A stretch of DNA of 64,000 nt from the human T2T-CHM13v2.0 reference genome, Homo sapiens (GCF_009914755.1 NC_060926.1); one strand, 5' to 3'; positions 31,208 through 44,214 are shown, counted from the first letter of the stretch. The notes: generated by a model not told the origin, from the letters alone. A program made the numbers and translations.

Positions 31208-31520
31208 GGCCGGGTACAGTGGCTCAGGCCTGTAATCCCAGCACTTTGGGAGGCCAAGGTGGGTGGATCACGAGGTCAGGAGATTGAGACCATCCTGGCT
31301 AACACGGTGAAATCCCGTCTCTACTAAAAATTCAAAAAATTAGCCAGGCGTGGTGGCACGTGCCTATAGTCCCAGCTACTCAGGAGGCTGAGGCAGGAGA
31401 ATTGCTTGAACCCGGGTGGTGGAGGTTGCAGTGAGGCGAGATCACTGCCGCTGCACTGCAGCCTGGGCGATAGAGCAAGACTCCATCTCAAAACATAAAA
31501 AATAAATATATAAATAAATA
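31208..31520 (+). mobile_element. AluSc/Y-like
   Basis: ggccgggtacagtggctc...gatcacgaggtcaggagattgagaccatcctggctaacacgg, with an A-rich tail. Confidence 0.9.
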
Positions 31521-31599
31521 ATTTATCAGACAACACCTCTTCTCCTTTTCATTATCTTCACTGACTTTATGTTGGGCTTGCCATACCAGGGGTTTTCTA

Positions 31600-33100
31600 G
31601 TGTCTAGTTTTAGTTTTATAATTAGTGTCTGATCAGTCATTGTCCATGATAGACAATTGTTAACTATTCAGATGATCTTTTCTGTCAAAGACCTTAATTT
31701 CATAAACACAAAGTACATATTTCAACACATTATTTGGCTTCTAGAAACTTTTCTTATGGCTCCCCTTCTTGAAAATATTTTTTTCTTGAATATCATGAGT
31801 CAGTATGTTCCTTATTTTTCACTTTATATTTTTGGTTCTTGTCTTTTTACTTTGAGAATTCAACTTCTTAAAAAGTGTTGTACTTAACCATAGGCCCCGT
31901 TCTTTTTCAACTCTCTGGCTTCCTAGGTATATTTATTTATATCGATAGCTTTAATGGCCACATATAAATAGATAATTCACAAATTTACATCTTTAGCGTA
32001 GCAGTTTAATTTAAGCTTTAGACTCATATATTCAATTGTTATATTAAAATCTCCACTTGGCTGTTACAAAGGAATCTGAAACTCAACATGTCTAAAATGG
32101 AAGTCACAATTCCTCCCTCTTAGCCAAACCTGCTCCAATTTCCCATCTGCAAATAGGGTTCTACTCATTCAAGAAATAAACTTTTTTTTATTGATATCTC
32201 CTCTCTTAAACACATATCTTGAATCTCTCTTGAATCTGTTTACTATTTTCAGTATCCACCATTTCCATCCCAGTCTTAGATTATCTAAGACTGCAGCTTG
32301 TGTTCCTAAACTATTTATACAGTCTTCTAACTGATCTAGCTACTGCACTTCCCACTAACTGCCATGCAAAATCCTAATTCCAAAATCAGCCAAATTCAAC
32401 TTTGTTAACATCCCAAAGGCCTCCTATTGATCTTACAATAACAATAACTTCATAATATAGCAATTCTTGTATATTCAGCCTACCCTTTTTGCCAGCCTCA
32501 ATTTATACCCTGTTCACCTTCATGATCATCAATATAGGCGTACTTATCTTCCTGTAACTCTTGAACTCACTCTGTTTTCTTAAGCTACAGGACCGTGACA
32601 CATGCTATACTCATCATTCAAAACTCCTTTTTAAAAACTACTATTATTATTTCTTGAGACAGGGTCTCACTCCATCACCCAGGCTGGAGTGCAGTGGTGT
32701 GATCACAGCTCACCGAAGACTCCACTTCCTGGGCTCAGGTGATCCTTCCACTCAGCCTCCTGAGTAGCTGGGAGTACAGGAGTGCACCACCGTGCCTAGC
32801 AAATTTTTGGTATTTTTTTGTAAAGAGGTTTTGCCATGTTGCCCAGCCTCGTCTTGAACTACTGGGCTTAAATGATATGCCCGCCTCAGCCTCCCAAAGT
32901 GTTGGGATTACAGGCGTGAACCCCAGCACTTGGCCTCAAAACTGTTTTTTACATAATCTTCCCAAATTCCACTCAAGTGGCTAATTCCTATCTTTTAGGC
33001 TTTAGCTAAATTATCTTTGAATTCCTAAGTCTATTCTATTAGCATAATTTCTTGACACCATGTAATTCTCCATCACAATTATCAAATTATGATGTTATAA
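31600..33100 (+). mobile_element. L2 remnant (interrupted by AluJ)
   Basis: Characteristic L2 motif atctccacttggctgttac...aaactcaacatgtctaaaatggaagtc. Confidence 0.65.
32645..32935 (-). mobile_element. AluJ
   Basis: gagacagggtctcactcc...ctgggctcaggtgatccttccactcagcctcc...ttggcc. Confidence 0.88.
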
Positions 33101-34207
33101 CAATTTAAACTCTCGCATGCATGGAGGAAACATTAAATAGCTAAACTCACAGTACATAATAGTAAGGAGCACATAAGCTGTGTATCACCAACAATGCCAT
33201 GAATGGTTTGGGACAGCATGCTGTAATTAAAGCCATCAATTATACTTTTGCAGATAAATATATAAATTCATTCCAACTAACATCAGTGAAGGTCACATAT
33301 CCCCTACATCCACATATCAGTTCAAATAATATTTTGCCAACAAATAACATTTAGACTTAAAATTATCAATTTAAAAAAAAGGAAGAAAGTAGGTTGGAGG
33401 TTGTTACGACTCTTGAGATTTATATATATTAGGTAGGACCTCAAACTCATGTATCTATATATTGTAATTTATTTTTCTAAAATAATATGAAAACACATAG
33501 GCTGAAAGTTGGATATAAATATTTTAAATTATAATTTAATCCTATGCTATCAATTTGTTATAATGTAATCAAGTTAATAAATTGGAAAATTGTATATGAT
33601 ATGTAAATTTTCTCTTGCATTTATTACAATTCTGAAAGTATTTTTGAAATGGAATATATCCTATTTAATATTCTTATCATTAGAAAGGCTTATTTTAATC
33701 AAGTTAATTTACCCAATACTATTTTTTTATCCATGAGAAATAATATTGTCTATAACTGTCCTTTTATTCTTTCACTAGTTTGCTCATATTTTAAAATAAG
33801 TGAATTCCTGGAATGTGGATAAAGAGTTAAGTTTTTCTTATTGGTGGTGTCATCCTTTGCAGTAAAATAATAAGGCTATTACTGTAAAAATAAAAAGAAG
33901 TCAATTAATTTTAGTAAGAACATCATTCTAGAGGGTATGTTAATGATAACAGCTTGTGCTTCAGCTCATGTTTTTTTCAGAAATCCCTACTGAATTCTGA
34001 AATTAACAACATTATTCTCATGGCTTATAAATTTATAAAACACAATGACTTACAGAAAGAAGCAGTATAGTTACTATGTGGAAAAGGAATGTTCCTTAAT
34101 AAATGAGTAATGAGAAGAATTAAGTTTAATATAAACAAAAAAGGGCTTTTAAAACTATCTAAATTGATTCCAGAAACAGGAAGTTCATGCTTATTCATTT
34201 GGTAGAA

Positions 34208-34226
34208 TGTGTGTGTGTGTGTGTGT
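34208..34226. repeat. (TG)n microsatellite
   Basis: tgtgtgtgtgtgtgtgtgt. Confidence 0.85.
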
Positions 34227-34899
34227 CCTTTATCTTCATGTCAATTCAAATTAGATTTTGCTATCAAATAAATTTTTAGAGCCAAATTTATCAATGAAGA
34301 AGAATGAAAGAAGGAGGAATGAAGGAAGAAAATAAATTAACAATGGACAAAAAGTTTATTATTTAGAGCAAAAATCTATATGAAGCAGATACTTGAAACA
34401 GTGACCCACATTCTAGTCAAAATCCACACCATTTGCCAGTAAATATAAGTTTTTATTTACAAGTACAATAAACGATAGAAATTATTTAATAAATCACAGG
34501 CTCATAAGAAGGAAATAGCATTAGAGGTTCAATATCATCAATAGTTAAAATCAGAAAAAGAGAAAAAATACATTTAGAATATTTAATTTAAATATATAGT
34601 AGTTGGACCTTAGTAAGACACAGAAATACTAAATAGCAAACAGTTTAATAATTTGGGGAAGAGAAAATATTGGTGATCACGAAATTCTCTTAAATAAAAT
34701 ACAAACCTGTTAAACTTTTTAATGTAATGAGTGACAGCTTCAACAGAGAAGTTACTGTAGAAAATTTGACTTAAAGCTAGAATTCTTACAAAAATAAAAT
34801 GAAAATAATTAAATTAGTGGGCGTTATGAGGAAATTCAAGAGAATTAACAAACTTAACATGGTAATTCCAGGAGGAAAGAATCAAGTATAGAAAAAGTA

Positions 34900-35033
34900 A
34901 CTCGGGAGGCTGAGGCAGGAGAATCGCTTGAACCCGGGAGGCAGAAGTTGCAGTGAGATGGTGCCACTGCACTCCAGCCTGGGCAACAGAGTGAGACTGT
35001 CTCAAAAAAAAAAAAAAAAAAAAAAAGAGAAGA
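34900..35033 (+). mobile_element. 5'-truncated Alu (right-arm part only) with TSD
   Basis: Starts at actcgggaggctgaggcagg and ends in a long poly(A). TSD agaaaaagta at 34890-34899 and 35034-35043. Confidence 0.88.
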
Positions 35034-36169
35034 AGAAAAAGTAGCTCAAGAAATAGTAGTATATACTTCTCATGTGAATGAAGAAATGGAGGCTCATCAA
35101 GTACCAGGAAAAATTAATAAAATAAGATCAGGGGAAAACAGTAATCTTAAAAACATAATTCTCTCTCAAAAAAATGTAAAGCATGAAACATACATTGATT
35201 CCATCATAGTCTGACAAATAGAGAATTTAGGAAACATATTTAAGGTCATTCAGCAGTCCTCTGAAAATACCAGAAATAAAAGTAAGGTCTTATAATTGCC
35301 TTACACACAAGAAAATTATATAATAATGATAAATCTTTCTTTTAAAGGATATTTCTTCACTAAGTGTAGACTGTCATTATAAAAATTATTTGTTCTCTTA
35401 TGATTATTATTACAGGACAAAGTCATTATTTCCACTGCTATTACCAATTGAAAAGAAAGGTCAAGTGAATTGTTGAGAGATTGACAGTGGCACTGGAAAT
35501 AAAAGCAAGGGCTTTTAAAACTGAATTCCAGTCACTGTGCTTAAAATGAAAAGTACAAGTCTAAATGAGAAAAAACTAGGATATTTGTTCTGAATTAATT
35601 CATCAAGGAGACAGGAAGTGGAGTTAATAATTAAAATATATCTAAAAGATTTTGCTTTCTCTTTTTTTACACAAAGAACCTAAAACATTAAAATTAATTT
35701 TTTTAAAAACTTTGTCATTTGTAAAAGAAAATAGATATGCTCTAGTCATACTGTTATAATATCTGAAATTTCTAGTTATTTAGCACATATTTCCCATTCT
35801 GTATTGAAATAAAATTGCTAACAATCCTAATATAAACTCAGCTTCATCTTTATTAGTGATAGATTTCTCTGTGGTGACTAACGAACTTTACAGATATAGT
35901 TTACATCACCTTCAACTACCATAAATGAAATAAAAGTCATAATCCTTATTTCACCATGTTTAAAGCCCAATTTTAATGTAAAGTGTATACATATCTACAT
36001 ATATGAATTTATAACTATATCAAAACTATGAATTTAAAAGTTGACAAGCAAGCTGACAAGGGAAAACAATAATAGGAGTATTTTTATAGAAAAAAGCATA
36101 ATCTTAGTCTTTTTCCATAAAAAACTTACAAGTCAAAAATTGTTGGAAAAATAGCTACAACATTTTGAG

Positions 36170-36600
36170 TGTCAGGCCTCTGAGACCAAGCCAAGCCATC
36201 ACATCCCCTGTGACTTGCACATATACATCCAGATGGTCTGAAGTAACTGAAGATCCACAGAAGATGTAAAAATATCCTTAACTGATGACATTCCACCATT
36301 GTGATTTGTTCCTGCCCCACCCTAACTGATCAATGTACTTTGTAATCTCCCCTACCCTTAAGAAGGTTCTTTGTAATTCTCTCCACCCTTGAGAATGTAC
36401 TTTGTGAGATCCACCCCTGCCCACAAAACATTGCTCTTAACTTCACCGCCTATCCCAAAACCTGTAAGAACTAATGATAATCCATCTCCCTTCGCTGACT
36501 CTCTTTTCGGACTCAGCCCACCTGCACCCAGGTGAAATAAACAGCTTTACTGCTCACACAAAGCCTGTTTGGTGGTCTCTTCACATGGACGCACATGAAA
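36170..36600 (+). promoter_or_regulatory. HERV-H 5' LTR (LTR7Y/LTR7B type)
   Basis: tgtcaggcctctgag...catgaaa, with tandem (gtac/gttc)tttgt...ccaccctt U3 repeats typical of type II/Ia LTRs. AATAAA lies near 36536. Confidence 0.9.
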
Positions 36601-36602
36601 TT

Positions 36603-36620
36603 TGGTGCCCTGACTGAGAT
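36603..36620 (+). other. Primer-binding site (tRNA-His-like)
   Basis: tggtgccctgactgagat versus TGGTGCCGTGACTCGGAT: 3 mismatches. Confidence 0.8.
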
Positions 36621-38268
36621 CGGGGGACCTCCCTTGGGAGATCAATCCCTTCCTCTTGTTCTTTGCTCCATGAGAAAGATCCACCTATGACCTCAGGTCC
36701 TCAGACCAACCAGCCCAAGAAACATGTCACCAATTTCAAATCTGGTAAGCGGCCTCTTTTTACTCTCTTCTCCAAGCTCCCTCACTATCCCTCCACCTCT
36801 TTCTCCTTTCAATCTTGGCGCCACACTTCAATCTCTCCCTTCTCTTAATTTCAATTCCTTTCAATTCCTTTGGTAGAGACAAAGGAGACACGTTTTATCT
36901 GTGGACCCAAAACTCCTGCACCGGTCACGGACTGGGAAGGCAGCCTTCCCTTGGTGTTTAATCTTTGCAGGGATGCCTCTCTGATTGTTCACCCACGTTT
37001 CAAAGCTGTCACACCATACAGGGACGCCTGCCTTGGTCCTTCACCCTTAGCGGCAAGTCCCGCTTTCCTGGGGGAGGGGCAAGAAACCCTCAACCCCTTC
37101 TCCTTCACCCTTAGTGGCAAGTCCCGCTTTCCTGGGGCAGGGGCAAGTACCCCTCAACCCCTTCTCCTTCACCCTTAGCGGCAAGTCCCGCTTTCCTAGG
37201 GGGCAAGAACCCCCCAGTCGCTTATTTCCCCATCCCAACCTCTTATCTCTGAGCCCCAATCCCTTACATCCACACCCTGACCTCTTATCTCTGTGCCCCA
37301 ATCCCTTATTTCCATGCCCCAACCCCTTCTCTGCTTTTCTGGAGGGCAAGAACCCCCCACCCCTTCTCCGTGTCTCTACTCTTTTCTCTGGGCTTGCCTC
37401 CTTCACTATGGGTAAGCTTCCACCTTCCATTCCTCCTTCTTCTCCCTTAGCCTGTGTTCTCAAAAACTTAAAACCTCTTCAACTCACACCTGACCTAAAA
37501 CTTAAATGACTTATTTTCTTCTGCAATGCTGCTTGACCCCAATACAAACTCGACAGTAGTTCCAAATAGCCAGGAAATGGCACTTTCAATTTTTCCATCC
37601 TACAAGATCTAAATAATTCTTGTCATAAAATGGGCAAATGGTCTGAGGTGCCTGACATCCAGGCATTCTTTCACGCATCAGTCCCTTCCTAGTCTCTGTG
37701 CCCAATGCAACTCGTCCCAAATCTTCCTTCTTTCCCTCCCTCCTGTCCCCTCAGTCCCAACCCCAAGTGTCGCTGGGTCTTTCTAATCTTCCTTTTATAC
37801 AGACCCATCTGACCTCTCCCCTCCTCGCCAGGCTGAGCCAGGTCCCAATTCTTCCTCAGCCTCCGCTCCTCCACCCTGTAATCTTTTTATCACCTCCCCT
37901 CCTCACACCTGGTCCAACTTACAGTTTTTATTCAGTGACTAGCCCTCTCCCATCTGCCCAGCAATTTACTCTTAAAAAGGTGGCTGGAGCTAAAGGCATA
38001 GTCAAGGTTAATGCTCCTTTTTCTTTATCCCAAATCAGAGAGCGTTTAGGCTCTTTTTCATCAAATATAAAAATTCAGCCCAGTTCATGACTCGTTTGAC
38101 AGCAACCCTGAGACACTTTACAGCCCTAGGCCCTAAAAGGTCAAAAGGCTGTCTTATTCTCAAAATACATTTTATTACCCAATCTGCTCCCGACATTAAA
38201 TAAAACTCCAAAAATTAAATTCCGACCCTCAAACCCCACAACAGGATTTAATTAACCTCGCCTTCAAG

Positions 38269-38595
38269 GTGTACAATAATAGAAAAAAGTTGCAATTCCT
38301 TGCCTCCACTGTGAGACAAACCCCAGCCACATCTCCAGCACACAAGAACTTCCAAATGCCTGAACCGCAGCAGCCAGGCGTTCCTCCAGAACCTCCTCCC
38401 CCAGGAGCTTGCTACAAGTGCCAGAAATCTGACCACCAAGCAAAGGAATGCCTGAAGCCCAGGATTCCTCCTAAGCCATGTCCCATCTGTGCGGGACCCC
38501 ACTGGAAATCGGACTGTTCAACTCACCTGGCAGCCACTCCCAGAGCCCCTGGAACTCTGGCCCAAGGCGCTCTGACTGACTCCTTCTCGGCTTAG
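38269..38595 (+). pseudogene. HERV-H gag nucleocapsid remnant
   Basis: Two CCHC zinc knuckles, CYKCQKSDHQAKEC and CPICAGPHWKSDC. Upstream gag is interrupted by stops. Confidence 0.85.
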
Positions 38596-38675
38596 CAGCT
38601 GAAGACTGACGCTGCCTGATCGCCTCGGAAGCCCCCTAGACCATCACGGACGCCGAGCTTCAGGTAACTCTCACA

Positions 38676-40800
38676 GTGGAAGGTAAGCCCGTCCCCTTCT
38701 TAATCAATACGGAGGCTACCCACTCCACATTACCTTCTTTTCAAGGGCCTGTTTCCCTTGCCTCCAGAACTGTTGTGGGTATTGACGGCCAGGCTTCTAA
38801 ACCTCTTAAAACTCCCCAACTCTGGTGCCAACTGAGACAGTACTCTTATAAGCACTCCTTTTTAGTTATCCCCACCTGCCCAGTTCCCTTATTAGGCTGA
38901 GACATGTTAACTAAATTATCTGCTTCCCTGACTATTCCTGGACTACAGCTATATATCATTGCCGCCCTTCTTCCCAATCAAGAGCCTCCTTTGCATCCTC
39001 CTCTTGTATCCCCCCACCTTAACCCACAAGTATAAGATACCTCTACTCCCTCCTTGGTGACTGATCATGCACCCCTTACCATCTCATTAAAACCTAATCA
39101 CCCTTACCCCACTCAACGCCAATATCCCATCCCGAAGCACACTTTAAAAAGATTAAAGCCTGTTATCACTCGCCTGCTACAGCATGGCCTTTTAAAACCT
39201 ATAAACTCTCCTTACAATTCCCCCATTTTACCAGTCCTAAAACCAGACAAGCCTTACAATTTAGTTCAGGATCTGCGCCTTATCAACCAAATTGTTTTGC
39301 CTATCCACCCCGTCGTGCCAAACCCATATACTCTCCTATCCTCAATACCTGCCTCTACAACCCATTATTCTGTTCTAGATCTCAAACATGCTTTCTTTAC
39401 TATTCCTTTGCACCCTTAATCCCAGCCTCTCTTCGCTTTCACTTGGACTGACCCTGACACCGATCAAGCTCAGCAAATTACCTAGGCTGTACTGCCGCAA
39501 AGCTTCACAGACAGCCCCCATTACTTCAATCAAGCCCAAATTTCTTCCTCATCTGTTACCTATCTTGGCATAATTCTCATAAAAACACACGTGCTCTCCC
39601 TGCCAATCGTGTCCGACTGATCTCTCAAACCCAAGCACCTTCTATAAAACAACAACTCCTTTCCTTCGTAGGCATGGTTAGCGCGGTCAGAATTCTTACA
39701 CAAGAGCCAGGACAACACCCTGTAGCCTTTCTGTCCAAACAACTTGACCTTACTGTTTTAGCCCAGCCCTCATGTCTGCATGCAGCGGCTGCCACTGCTT
39801 TAATACTTTTAAAGGCCCTCAAAATCACAAACTATGCTCAACTCACTCTCTACAGTTCTCATAACTTCCAAAATCTATTTTCTTCCTCATACCTGACACA
39901 TACACTTTCTGCTTCCCGGCTCCTTCAGCTGTACTCACTCTTTGTTAAGTCCCACAATTACCATTGTTCCTGGCCCAGACTTCAATCCGGCCTCCCACAT
40001 TATTCCTGATACCACACCTGACCCCCATGACTGTATCTCTGTGATCCACCTGACATTCACCCCATTTCCCCAAATTTCCTTCTTTCCTGTTCCTCACCCT
40101 GATCACACTTGATTTATTGATGGCGGTTCCACCAGGCCTAATTGCCACACACCAGCAAAGGCAGGTTATGCTATAGTACAAGCCACTAGCCCGCCTCTTA
40201 GAACCTCTCATTTCCTTTCCATGGTGGAAATCTATCCTCAAGGAAATAACTTCTCAGTGTTCCATCTGCTATTCTACTACTCCTCAGGGATTATTCAGGC
40301 CCCCTCCCTTCCCTACACATCAAGCTCGAGGATTTGCCCCACCCAGGACTGGCAAATTAGCTTTACTCAACATGCCCCCAGTCAGAAAACTAAAATACCT
40401 CTTAGTCTAGGTAGATACTTTCACTGGATAGGTACAGGCCTTTCCTACAGGGTCTGAGAAGGCCACCACAGTCATTTCTTCCCTTCTGTCAGACATAATT
40501 CCTCAGTTTAGCCTTCCCACCCTCAATACAGTCTGATAACAGATGAGCCTTTATTAGTCAAATCAGCCAAGCAGTTTTTCAGGCTCTTAGTATTCAGTGA
40601 AACCTTTATATCCCTTACGATCCTCCGTCTTCAAGAAAAGTAGAATGGACTAAAGGTCTTTTAAAAACACACCTCACCAAGCTCAGCCACCAACCTAAGA
40701 AGGACTGGACAATACTTTTACCACTTTCCCTTCTCAGAAGTCAGACCTGTCCTCAGAATGCTACAAGGTACAGCCCATTTAAGCTCCTGTATAGACACTC
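38676..40800 (+). pseudogene. HERV-H pro-pol remnant (disrupted)
   Basis: Protease FLINTEAT (catalytic DTG lost), RT motifs LVQDLR / YSVLDLKHAFF / LPQSFTDSP and the tether PVAFLSKQLD. Multiple stops and deletions; no YxDD motif visible. Confidence 0.85.
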
Positions 40801-41093
40801 CTTTTATTAGGCCCCAGTCTCATTCCAGACACCAGACCAACTTAGACTGTGCGCCCCCCAAAAAAACTTGTCATCCCCACTATCTTCTGTCTAGTCATAC
40901 TCCTATTCACCATTCTCAACTATTCATACATGCCCTGCTCTTGTTTACACTGCCGGTTTACACTGTTTCTCCAAGCCATGACAGCTGATATCTCCTGGTG
41001 CTATCCCCAAACTGCCACTCTTAACTCTTGAAGTAAATAAATAATCTTTGCTGGCAGGACTATGCTGAATCTCCTTAGGCACTCTCTAATCAG

Positions 41094-41288
41094 ATGTCCC
41101 GGGTCCTCCCAATTCTTAGTCCTTTAATACCCATTTTTCTCCTTTTATTCGGACCTTGTATCTTCCGTTTAGTTTCTCGGTTCATTCAAAACCGTATCCA
41201 GGCCATCACCAATCATTCTATACGACAAATGTTTCTTCTAACATCCCCACAATATCATCCCTTACCACAAGATCTCCCTTCAGCTTAA
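41094..41288 (+). pseudogene. HERV-H env TM C-terminal remnant
   Basis: LLLFGPCIFRLVSRFIQNRIQAITN, a gammaretroviral TM/cytoplasmic-tail motif. Most of env is deleted. Confidence 0.75.
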
Positions 41289-41450
41289 TCTCTCCCACTC
41301 TAGTTTCCCACGCCGACCCTAATCCCGCTTGAAGCAGCCCTGAGAAACATCGCCCATTCTCTCTCCATACCATCCCCCCAAAATTTTCACCACCCCAACA
41401 CTTCAACACTATTTTGTTTTATTTTTCTTATTAATATAAGAAGACAGGAA

Positions 41451-41882
41451 TGTCAGGCCTCTGAGCTCAAGCCAAGCCATCGCATCCCCTGTGACTTGCA
41501 CATATACATCCAGATGGCCTGAAGTAACTGAAGATCCACAAAAGATGTAAAAATAGTCTTAACTGATGATTTTCCACCATTGTGATTTGTTCCTGCCCCA
41601 CCCTAACTGATCAATGTACTTTGTAATCTCCCCCACTCTTAAGAAGGTTCTTTGTAATTCTCCCCACCCTTGAGAATGTACTTTGTGAGATCCACCCCTG
41701 CCCACAAAACATTGCTCTTAATTTCACCGCCTATCCCAAAACCTGTAAGAACTAATGATAATCCATCTCCCTTCGCTGACTCTCTTTTCAGACTCAGCCC
41801 AACCTGCACCCAGGTGAAATAAACAGCTTTACTGCTCACACAAAGCCTGTTTGGTGGTCTCTTCACACGGACGCGCATGAAA
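41451..41882 (+). promoter_or_regulatory. HERV-H 3' LTR
   Basis: Direct repeat of 36170-36600, with about 16 substitutions and 1 indel by manual count. Confidence 0.92.
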
Positions 41883-42704
41883 GAGAGAAGAACTTATAAT
41901 TTTATAATTTTATCACCAGAAAATTTATGTGTGTAATCAAAGCAATATCATGCTTAAATTCTCAAGGAATTTTAAAATATAGCAATTATATATCTCTCTT
42001 AAAAAACTACTACAATACATAAATTAAAATAAAAATGTAAAAAATGTAAAAAAATAGGATATTGTATGAAAACTACAATAATGAATATTAAATCCACAGA
42101 TAAGGAAAATAAGAACCAATTATTTTTAAAGTATTATTTTAAAAGAAATGCTAATGATGAGAACAATTTTTGAAAGTAAAATTTTCAGCATAATTTATTT
42201 GTAATTATAAATATATATTGATATTTATATTGCTATTAAAATAATAGATACAGTAAGAGGTTGAGAAGAAAAATATTTAAATTTTTATATTTGTATCAAA
42301 AGGGCTTAATAGGCTATTTTATTATCAATGGTAAGTTTTTGAAGTAAAAATATAAAAATATATAAGAGAGAGAAAAACAAAGAATTGAAATGGAGATGTT
42401 AAAGAAAATAATAGTTTGTATGAAAATATTATGAGGTAAAATTTTCAAACTTTGCCAGAGCACTTAAGAAAGAATAAATAAGGATAATTAGGATTGTAAT
42501 AAAATATATAAAATTTATTACAAAAAAGAAAATAACTTTTTGTCAATTAAGGAAATGCCTAAATTCATAATCAAAATAGTACAACAGTAGAGAAAAAAAT
42601 AAAACTTAAATGTATAGAGAAAAATGATTTTGCCAGAAAGCAAGGCATATATATATGTATATATTTTGCCTAGATAAATTTGGCATAAAAATTGAAGCAA
42701 TAAT

Positions 42705-43459
42705 TATTACCAGTGGAGGGTCTTGACTACCAGCCATCCAAGTTCTTGGTGTTTTGAACAGAGAATTGGACAAAACATATAAACAAAGCAATTAAAGAAT
42801 GAAAGAACGAAAGTACAGATCTATTGAAACAAAAGTACACTCCACACACTTTGGGAGGTCAACGTAGGCAGATCATTTGGGGTCAGGAGTTCAGACCAGT
42901 CTGGCCAACATGGTGAAACTCCATCTCTACTAAAAATACAAAAATGTAGCTGGGTGTGGTAGCACATGCCTATAATCCCAGCTACTCATGAGGCTGAGGC
43001 AGAATTGCATGAACCAGAGAGGCGGTGGTTGCAGTGAGCAGAGATTGCACCATTGCACTCCATCCTGGGCAAGAGAGTGAGACTCTATCTCAAACAAAAA
43101 AAGTACACTCCATGGAGTGGGATTGGGCTTGAGCAAGCAACTGAAGAGCACTGGTAACAGATTTTTTGGGGCGATTAAATACCCTCTAGAAGTTTCCCAT
43201 TGGTGACTTAGTTACACCCTATGTAAATCAAGACCTGGCTGGCAACCAGTCTGATCAGTTGCAGGAGGTGAAAAATCAGAGGTACTTTACATTTTTCATC
43301 TGTGAAGCCATGGAAAAGGTGGGATTACAAAGGGAGTAGCCTTTGATCCTTTTGTTATTTGGGTGTGGAGAGGTGGAGTTTTCCTTTTGATTCAGTTCTG
43401 GGAAGTCAACACATGTTGGCCTTATGTTTCCTGCCTCCAGACCCTATTCTCCTGCCTCG
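42705..43459 (-). mobile_element. MER51-family ERV1 solo LTR interrupted by an Alu
   Basis: The reverse complement starts gaggcaggagaatagggtctggaggcagg and ends caagaccctccactggtaata. Confidence 0.75.
42845..43098 (+). mobile_element. AluS, slightly 5'-truncated
   Basis: Begins at cactttgggagg. 14-bp TSD aaaagtacactcca (42831-42844, 43099-43112). Confidence 0.9.
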
Positions 43460-43642
43460 CAATGACAAGAGATCTGCTTAAGAAATGATGCTTTCACAAT
43501 GATGAAGCAAAAATAAATCGCCCCAAATGTAAAACTGTTTGTCTATTTCTGGCCACATTATTGTTAATGAGAAAATGGTAACAAAATACATTTCTAGAAA
43601 TAAAATCATCGAAAAAAATTTACTGCCTATAGAAATTGCGTG

Positions 43643-44214
43643 TGTTAACCAAAATTTGAAGGCCTCCCCAAAACCATCTTAATGGACTTCCTCCTCAGCC
43701 AGGGCACCCCAAAATTTAACCTGAAAAACTGGTTCAGGCCATGACAGGAAGTGGGTATTGGACATTCCTCATTACACCCCTCCAGGATTACCATCAACAC
43801 ACATTTTAAGTCTTACTAGAAACATTTACAGTCTATTCTTTCTAAAGCCTGCTACTTGGAGGCTTCATCTGCATAATAAAAGCTAAATCTCCTCAACCCT
43901 TTATCATAACCCAGACATTCCTTTCCATAGATAATAACTGTGTACCGATCAGAATATGTTTAAATCTACCTATGACCTCAAAGCTCCCCGACTTCAAGTT
44001 GCCCTACACTTCCAGATAGAACCAGTGTAAATGTGACATGTATTGACTGATGTATTATGTCTCCCTAAACTGTATAAAAGCAAGCTGTACCCTGACCTCC
44101 TTGGGCACACTTCATGAGGACCTCCTGAGGCTGTGTCACAGATATGTTCTTAACCTTGGCATGATAAACTTTATAAATTGATTGAGACTTGCTTCAGATA
44201 CTTTTTGGTTTATA
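43643..44214 (+). mobile_element. MER4-family ERV1 LTR
   Basis: tgttaaccaaaa...aacctgaaaaactggttcaggccatgacaggaagtggg...tcagatactttttggtttata. Confidence 0.75.

Larger units (their letters stand above)
36170..41882 (+). mobile_element. HERV-H provirus, common internally deleted form (about 5.7 kb)
   Basis: Two LTRs of about 431 bp, a tRNA-His-like primer-binding site, gag/pro/pol/env remnants and a polypurine tract aagaagacaggaa at 41438-41450. Confidence 0.96.

Noticed and set aside
36870-41288. HERV-H ORFs as functional proteins
   Set aside because: They are fragmented by stops and deletions. The protease catalytic Asp is lost, the RT YxDD motif is absent and env is mostly deleted.
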